A DNA stretch of 32,000 nt from NCBI GenBank assembly GCA_902386205.1, contig CABMIH010000006.1, forward strand, positions 1 to 32,000. Direction: 5' to 3'. Position 1 is the first letter of the stretch, and each line of letters starts with the position of its first letter. The notes under the pieces are model-generated. The model ran no database searches, was not told the DNA's origin, and saw only the letters and a program-made list of their open reading frames with translations. A program made the position numbers and the translations under genes. Source of the DNA: an uncultured archaeon (GTDB lineage Archaea; Halobacteriota; Methanosarcinia; Methanosarcinales; Methanoperedenaceae). Below, one piece after another: positions 27,027 to 32,000 of this stretch.

Positions 27027-28220
27027 ATGTCGTTATCTGTTAGATCTAAACCTTATATAATCCCAGAATATAGTCTTACTGGAGATTTATTATCGTATCT
27101 TACCTGTGGATTACAATATAGATATCAAAATAAAGGTTCTCTTCCCCCATCTAAACCAGTTCAATTATGGTTTGGAGAATTTATTCATGGTGTTATGGAA
27201 GAAGCCTATCGTGAATGGCAACAAAACCCACAAAAAAGAAGGTTTCCATGGAATTGGAATTCAGAAATACGCGATATTGAACTCAGAATCCATCGAAGAT
27301 TGAGTGCGAGGGGTTTAAATCCTCCACCAGGGCAATTTTGCAGATATGATTCACCTTCAAATACTCAAAGATTATGTCCCGATGCTAAGCACCCTCATAA
27401 ACTTCTAGCTAGTAAAAGAACTGAAGCGGCAATTAACACATGGGGAAAACACTTATTTCCTTTAATTAATGAAGCAGAAGTCAAACTTAAGGGTATAAGA
27501 GATATGCCAAGCTATAATCCAAGAGTTAGTAGATCGAATTATTACGGTATTACTGGGATTATCGATGTAATAAGTTCAGTACATCTTGCTAATGCGCCAT
27601 CGGGAAATTTAATTCTTCATGAAATACACCAAAATTCACAGATACAGCAAGTAATAGATAATTTGACATCACCAGAGTATGAAATTATTATCGATTATAA
27701 GGGGATGAGAAGACCATCTAACTTAGCTGATAAATGGAATTATCATGAATGGCAAATTCTAACCTATGCGGGGCTTAGAAAACAACAGCCACAATCTAAG
27801 CCTATAGTTGCAGGAATACTCTTTTATCTCAATGAATTGATCCCTTCTAAAACAGACATAAAACTATTGAAACCTGAAGTTGTAAACAATGAAACAGATA
27901 TTATGCCTTCTGGGCTCGATTTACGAAATATCATAAATTGGATACCTAGACCGAGAACAGATGCACCTGTACTTACTCTTCCATTTAGAGAATCACGATC
28001 AATCCGAGTTATACCAATTCTTCCCAGTAATATACAAAATGGTTTTCAAAATTTTGATAATGTCGTAGATGAGATCGAAAGCTCAATACTTTCAGAAACC
28101 TCTGGTCAACTAATTAATTCATGCTGGAGAGCTATGGCTCATAGAGAAACATGCACTGCATGCGATTTTAAAACATTTTGTCGAAGCTCTGCTCAACGTG
28201 GTGCACCTACAGTACCATAA
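27027..28220 (+). CDS. PD-(D/E)xK nuclease with a Cas4/AddB-type Fe-S cluster (iron-staple) signature
   Basis: N-terminal Cys (YLTCGLQYRY), GEFIHGVMEE, GIIDVIS ... IIIDYKG (D...DxK), QILTYA (QxxxY), and a C-terminal CTACDFKTFC (C-x2-C-x5-C). Confidence 0.8.
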   Translation: MSLSVRSKPYIIPEYSLTGDLLSYLTCGLQYRYQNKGSLPPSKPVQLWFGEFIHGVMEEAYREWQQNPQKRRFPWNWNSEIRDIELRIHRRLSARGLNPPPGQFCRYDSPSNTQRLCPDAKHPHKLLASKRTEAAINTWGKHLFPLINEAEVKLKGIRDMPSYNPRVSRSNYYGITGIIDVISSVHLANAPSGNLILHEIHQNSQIQQVIDNLTSPEYEIIIDYKGMRRPSNLADKWNYHEWQILTYAGLRKQQPQSKPIVAGILFYLNELIPSKTDIKLLKPEVVNNETDIMPSGLDLRNIINWIPRPRTDAPVLTLPFRESRSIRVIPILPSNIQNGFQNFDNVVDEIESSILSETSGQLINSCWRAMAHRETCTACDFKTFCRSSAQRGAPTVP

Positions 28221-28222
28221 AT

Positions 28223-29530
28223 ATGGAATATGACATGAAATTGAAATATTTTCTGCCGGATTGGGAAGACCGATTAGACCCTGATTTTAATTTTGCTACT
28301 GATAAATATTCCAAAAAACATGATGCAGACCCCTATAACTATGATTTTTATGCCCATCAATTATTTGATAAACCACCTTATGATGGGATATTATTTAGTT
28401 TGAGTGTATTTCAATCAAAAATAACATTAAAAAATGGGGATAATGAAACATACACAATTAGAAACCATACAAATATCAGGGATTATTTAAAAATCCCAAA
28501 AGATTCTTCTTTGAAAGTTATGGGCGATTGCGGCGCCTTTGGTTACGTTAAAGAGAAAGCGCCACCACTGCCGTTTTATAGTGTTGAGAATGTTTCAAAT
28601 ATTTACGATAAATTAGGATTTGACTATGGAGTTTCTGTGGATCATCTGGTTGTTGACTATGTAATGGTTAGAGATGAAATAACAGGAAAGAAGTTAAAAA
28701 ATATTCTTTCCAGAGATGAGAAGGATGAAAGGATAGAAATTACACTAAAAAATGCTAAAAAGTTTCTAAAATTACATAATAAAAAAAAATATAATTTTAT
28801 TCCTATTGGCGTAGCACAGGGTTATGATACAGATACTTATAGGGAATCTGTTAAATCATTAATTGAAATGGGGTATAAATATATCGCTCTTGGTGGGCTT
28901 GTTCAGTACAAATCAGATTTTATAATAGGGATTTTAACGGAAATACAACCATTTATAAAAGGTATAAATGTTCACTTATTTGGTGTTTTAAGACCAGGTC
29001 ATCTAAATGATTTTGAAAGTTTTGGAGTTACAAGCTTTGATAGTGCATCATTTTTACGCAAAGCATGGCTCAGATCAGGGCAGAACTATTTAGCCCCAAA
29101 TGGGAAATGGTACGCTGCGATAAGAGTGCCGCAGGCCACAAATCCGCGGCTTTTAAAACATGCCAATTTAAATGGCTTTTCAATAGACGATCTGATAAAG
29201 ATGGAGCAGGATGCATTGCGAGCATTAATTAAGTATGATAAAGGAAAAATTAATGTAGACGATACACTGGATATTATTTTAAAATATGATAATCTTCTTC
29301 TCCGCGATTCAAATGATGGAGAGAACCTAAAAGAAAAATATGAGCGTACGCTGTTAGATAGGCCCTGGAAATCTTGCAGTTGTAATGTTTGTAAAAAAAT
29401 AGGAATACATGTGATTATATTCAGGGGAACAAATCGAAATAAAAGAAGAGGATTTCATAATACATGGATTTTTAGGGAAGTCGCAGAAATTATTAATTTC
29501 AATAAGAGGGAGGAAAATGCTGACTTATAA
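28223..29530 (+). CDS. tRNA-guanine-transglycosylase-family paralogue, DpdA-like (putative DNA guanine transglycosylase)
   Basis: TIM-barrel TGT motifs: Asp in MGDCGAFGY (cf. TDSGGFQ), ALGGLV, HLFGV, nucleophile Asp in FDSASF, and a zinc site CSCNVC...FHN (CxCxxC-x22-H). N-terminal FLPDWEDRLDPDFNF resembles DpdA N-termini as I recall them. I see no PUA or other tRNA-binding extension. I prefer ATG 28223 (2 nt after the nuclease stop) over 28178. Confidence 0.7.
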   Translation: MEYDMKLKYFLPDWEDRLDPDFNFATDKYSKKHDADPYNYDFYAHQLFDKPPYDGILFSLSVFQSKITLKNGDNETYTIRNHTNIRDYLKIPKDSSLKVMGDCGAFGYVKEKAPPLPFYSVENVSNIYDKLGFDYGVSVDHLVVDYVMVRDEITGKKLKNILSRDEKDERIEITLKNAKKFLKLHNKKKYNFIPIGVAQGYDTDTYRESVKSLIEMGYKYIALGGLVQYKSDFIIGILTEIQPFIKGINVHLFGVLRPGHLNDFESFGVTSFDSASFLRKAWLRSGQNYLAPNGKWYAAIRVPQATNPRLLKHANLNGFSIDDLIKMEQDALRALIKYDKGKINVDDTLDIILKYDNLLLRDSNDGENLKEKYERTLLDRPWKSCSCNVCKKIGIHVIIFRGTNRNKRRGFHNTWIFREVAEIINFNKREENADL

Positions 29531-29819
29531 AACCATATTAACCAAACTCGAAGAAAATAAAGCCGCTATAAAAAAATTCGGCGTCAAAAGAATCGGCCTA
29601 TTCGGTTCATATCTCAGGAATGAACAAAAACCCACAAGTGATATCGATATACTGGTTGAATTCGAAAAAGGCAAAATAACATTCGATAACTACATGGAGC
29701 TCAAATTCTTTTTAGAAGACCTGTTCAAAATTAAAGTTGACCTCGTAATGGAAGATGCGATTAAACCGGATTTAAAGCCGTATATCCTTGGGAGTGTAAA
29801 ATATGCAGCGAGCGCATGA
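29517..29819 (+). CDS. mntA: MntA-type minimal nucleotidyltransferase (antitoxin)
   Basis: [21 protein letters not shown] signature. GAGGGAGGA RBS. 14-nt overlap with the TGT-like gene. Confidence 0.85.
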   Translation: MLTYKTILTKLEENKAAIKKFGVKRIGLFGSYLRNEQKPTSDIDILVEFEKGKITFDNYMELKFFLEDLFKIKVDLVMEDAIKPDLKPYILGSVKYAASA

Positions 29820-30141
29820 GGCTTATCTTAAAGATATTCTTGAGGCCATCCGTAAAATTGAAAAATATACTGAAAAATTGACCTATGAGGAATTCCTGAA
29901 AGATGAATTAAGACAGGATGGGGTAGTGAAAAATCTGGAAATTATTGGAGAAGCGGTCAAGAGAATCCCGTCTGAGATCAAGAATAAAAAACCGGAAATT
30001 GAGTGGAAAAAGATTGCCGGGTTAAGAGATATTCTTACACATGAATATTTTGGAATAAATTTCGAAATCGTATGGGATGTAACAAAGAACAAGCTCCCGG
30101 ATTTGAAAAAAGAAACTCAGGAACTTCTTTCTGGGCTGTAA
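29803..30141 (+). CDS. hepT: HepT-type (DUF86) HEPN ribonuclease toxin
   Basis: 112 aa with the Rx4H motif [11 protein letters not shown] near the C-terminus. 17-nt overlap with mntA. Confidence 0.85.
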   Translation: MQRAHEAYLKDILEAIRKIEKYTEKLTYEEFLKDELRQDGVVKNLEIIGEAVKRIPSEIKNKKPEIEWKKIAGLRDILTHEYFGINFEIVWDVTKNKLPDLKKETQELLSGL

Positions 30142-30169
30142 AAACCCGGATTCTCAAAAGAAAAAAAGA

Positions 30170-30685
30170 TCAGCTCACGAACTTGGGGGAAAAATACTTC
30201 TTGATAACAGTATCGCATTTCCCGCATGTGATCATGAGCCAATCGCCTACATCCTGTTTATCGTAGTGGTCGAATATGGATGCGCCGCAACCGGGACAGA
30301 CATAGTATTCCTTGAAATAGTAGTTGTAGAATTCAGGACACCGTTCAAGCCAGTTGATCGCCTGAAGTAGCCTTTCAAGATATCTCTGTTTCCCGCCTTC
30401 CGCGCCTTTTTGCATCTCTTCATGCACATGTTCTTCCATGTGCTTGAGGTGACGCTTGCTATGCTTTCGTATCCGCTGGTAGTCGCTTAAGAACTGTTTC
30501 CCATTTTCAAGATATTTGAGGTATCCTGTTTTTGTATCAGAACCCTCATGTCTGAGCGTCCTCAGGAAATATTCACTCATCAGGTCTTCCATCAGGTCGG
30601 CGCATTCGGTGCAGATATTGAATCCTTTGTAATGTTTTGAGTCCTGGTCACCCTTGCATATCTTGCAGGTTTCCATTCTTCTCAC
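30170..30685 (-). CDS. Cys-rich zinc-ribbon protein, hypothetical
   Basis: 171 aa. CKICKG...CTEC at the N-terminus and CPGCG...CGKC at the C-terminus. GTG 30685 overlaps the upstream stop (GTGA); the alternative start is ATG 30676. Confidence 0.6.
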   Translation of the reverse strand: MRRMETCKICKGDQDSKHYKGFNICTECADLMEDLMSEYFLRTLRHEGSDTKTGYLKYLENGKQFLSDYQRIRKHSKRHLKHMEEHVHEEMQKGAEGGKQRYLERLLQAINWLERCPEFYNYYFKEYYVCPGCGASIFDHYDKQDVGDWLMITCGKCDTVIKKYFSPKFVS

Positions 30686-31098
30686 CCGACAACCACAGGT
30701 TGAGTCGCCTCTCGTGTGAACATTATCGGATACAGGTTCAATACAGAGAGAAGGTCTCCTTTTTTGATCTCGCCAGATTCTTGCCCGAGTACATATGCCG
30801 TATTGATGATGCGATCAGTTTCAACAGGTGCAGGGCCTTTTTTTGCCCCCACTTTCACAACTGATACGAGAGGGTGATGGCTGAAAGCGCACGGCATTGC
30901 AAGCATGTCCTTCTGCACTTTTATCTCTTTTACTTTTATTCGCTCAAGTTTCCCCGCCCCGATGGTTACATCCTCATCTGCTATTACCATCTCCCATTTT
31001 GCTCTTGTGGCTATTGTAAATTCATATGGCGATGCCTTCACTTTTTTCCTGTTAACTTTCCCGTTCTCACGGGAAACTACGTTTACTATTTCGCTCAT
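30682..31098 (-). CDS. Hypothetical protein (archaeal DUF-type; not confidently recognised)
   Basis: 138 aa with an ATG start. Translationally coupled to the zinc-ribbon gene. Confidence 0.55.
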   Translation of the reverse strand: MSEIVNVVSRENGKVNRKKVKASPYEFTIATRAKWEMVIADEDVTIGAGKLERIKVKEIKVQKDMLAMPCAFSHHPLVSVVKVGAKKGPAPVETDRIINTAYVLGQESGEIKKGDLLSVLNLYPIMFTREATQPVVVG

Positions 31099-31217
31099 AA
31101 AGCCTCACAAGAATCTAATAAACGGCATAGTACTTAAGTTTTATCATATTTAATCATGATAATAAATTAATGGTACGAAAAATATCATCTGGACGAATTT
31201 CCGCTTTCAAACGAAAC

Positions 31218-31225
31218 TTTAATAA
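31218..31225 (+). promoter_or_regulatory. TATA-like box upstream of tRNA-Glu
   Basis: TTTAATAA is centred about 30 nt upstream of the tRNA 5' end. Confidence 0.35.
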
Positions 31226-31251
31226 TCAGGTAAGGACTTTCAGATAACCGC

Positions 31252-31326
31252 GCTCCGATAGTGTAGCACGGCCAATCATGTCAGACTCTCACTCTGACGA
31301 CTGGGGTTCAAATCCCCATCGGAGCA
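31252..31326 (+). tRNA. tRNA-Glu (anticodon CUC)
   Basis: Hand-folded. Acceptor GCTCCGA/TCGGAGC, anticodon arm TCAGA-CTCTCAC-TCTGA, T-arm TGGGG-TTCAAAT-CCCCA, discriminator A. No CCA is encoded. Confidence 0.9.
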
Positions 31327-31439
31327 CTTAATTTTCCTGGATGCTCCCTGTTTTTAACTTGATTATTGAAGTTTATTGAAAGGATATTGTTACCAGATCA
31401 TCTGGTTTCTTCATAGAAAAAAGTGAAAAAAAGGAGGAT

Positions 31440-32000
31440 TTATATCCTCCTGTTGCCAAAGTCCGCTACTGCAATTTCACCCTTACCCAGGCGTATTGGG
31501 CGGGCAGGCGGGGTTGTCGGCACCCACCTTCGCTCCATTTTTTCATTTACAACATATATTCCCGGGTTCAGGCCAGTAAAGCTGTAGTCCCCATTAGCAT
31601 CTGTGAGAACCTGCATGTTAACTCGAATTCGTTTAACTGTATCATAACCTCTGAGCTGTATTGTCCAGTTCGCAAGGCCGTTCTCACTTATGTCTTTTAT
31701 CTTATTTCTGTTTGAGTCATTGAATTTTTTCCCGCGGATTACGCCTCCCGTTGGCGCAGTGACATTTACAGTAACTCTCCTTGTTTCGCTTATGTTGAAA
31801 TTTCCGGCAGCATCGCTTGCGTTCACATAATATTCATATATGCCGTTGGCGAGTCCTGTCTTGTTCTTGTAGAACACAGCGCCGGAACCGTCCATATTTT
31901 CCACAGCGCCATTCCAGTTAAGCTGCACAGTGCCGCCTGGCTTGTTCAACATTATGCTCACATTGACGTAATTAACATTCACCTCCGAGTTGTTGTCTGG
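31440..32000 (-). CDS. Secreted/surface protein with an SdrD-B/Cna-B-type domain (partial; N-terminus beyond window)
   Basis: FNDSNRNKIKDISENGLANWTIQL ... TDANGDYSFTGLNPGIYVV is typical of SdrD B-like (Ca-binding beta-sandwich) repeats. The frame stays open to the window edge. Confidence 0.65.
   Translation of the reverse strand, partial: PDNNSEVNVNYVNVSIMLNKPGGTVQLNWNGAVENMDGSGAVFYKNKTGLANGIYEYYVNASDAAGNFNISETRRVTVNVTAPTGGVIRGKKFNDSNRNKIKDISENGLANWTIQLRGYDTVKRIRVNMQVLTDANGDYSFTGLNPGIYVVNEKMERRWVPTTPPARPIRLGKGEIAVADFGNRRI

Larger units (their letters stand above)
24000..30160 (+). other. AT-rich accessory island carrying a six-gene operon (candidate defence/DNA-modification locus)
   Basis: There is an abrupt visible drop in G+C and a shift to A/T-ending codons relative to the flanking ubiD gene and the 30170-31098 genes. 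All six ORFs are on one strand with overlaps or gaps of 11 nt or less. Confidence 0.6.

Noticed and set aside
28178-28222. Upstream ATG 28178 as the start of the TGT-like gene
   Set aside because: It would overlap the nuclease gene by 43 nt and add a non-conserved-looking peptide (MSKLCSTWCTYSTIN). ATG 28223 sits 2 nt after the nuclease stop, which fits the tight coupling seen elsewhere in the operon.
23968-31326. Island integrated at tRNA-Glu with flanking direct repeats
   Set aside because: By eye I found no copy of the tRNA-Glu 3' segment (GGGGTTCAAATCCCCATCGGAGCA) or any other obvious direct repeat at 23968-24124 or 30142-30170. Two host-like genes separate the island from the tRNA, and no integrase is present. 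A computational repeat search is still needed.

Overview
The window looks like archaeal chromosome. Gene content suggests a Methanosarcinales / ANME-2d (Methanoperedens-like) organism: archaeal-type PurP, deoxyhypusine synthase, a membrane H+-pyrophosphatase, a multihaem cytochrome c next to a cytochrome b, archaeal-style tRNAs without encoded CCA, and TATA-like promoters. This assignment is inference only. The housekeeping backbone is hppA, ade, dys, purP, ubiX/ubiD, three tRNAs and an ASKHA-fold DUF1464 protein. It is interrupted by accessory material. (1) At 1-4490 (minus) there is a three-gene operon: orphan 356-aa protein, CHAT caspase-like protease with C-terminal zinc ribbons, then a large TPR protein. 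It sits next to IS debris and a tRNA-Arg/tRNA-Thr pair. (2) A decayed rve-type transposase abuts the hppA promoter. (3) An MNT/HEPN pair plus an unknown protein are appended to the purP operon. (4) The most interesting locus is a visibly AT-rich, tightly overlapped six-gene plus-strand operon at 24128-30141. It encodes a DUF6884-like protein, a UvrD-like SF1 helicase, a Cas4/AddB-type Fe-S PD-(D/E)xK nuclease, a DpdA-like guanine transglycosylase paralogue and MntA/HepT. I propose it as a candidate undescribed 7-deazaguanine-linked DNA modification/restriction (defence) system. All functional calls come from reading motifs in the supplied translations. No database search was possible.
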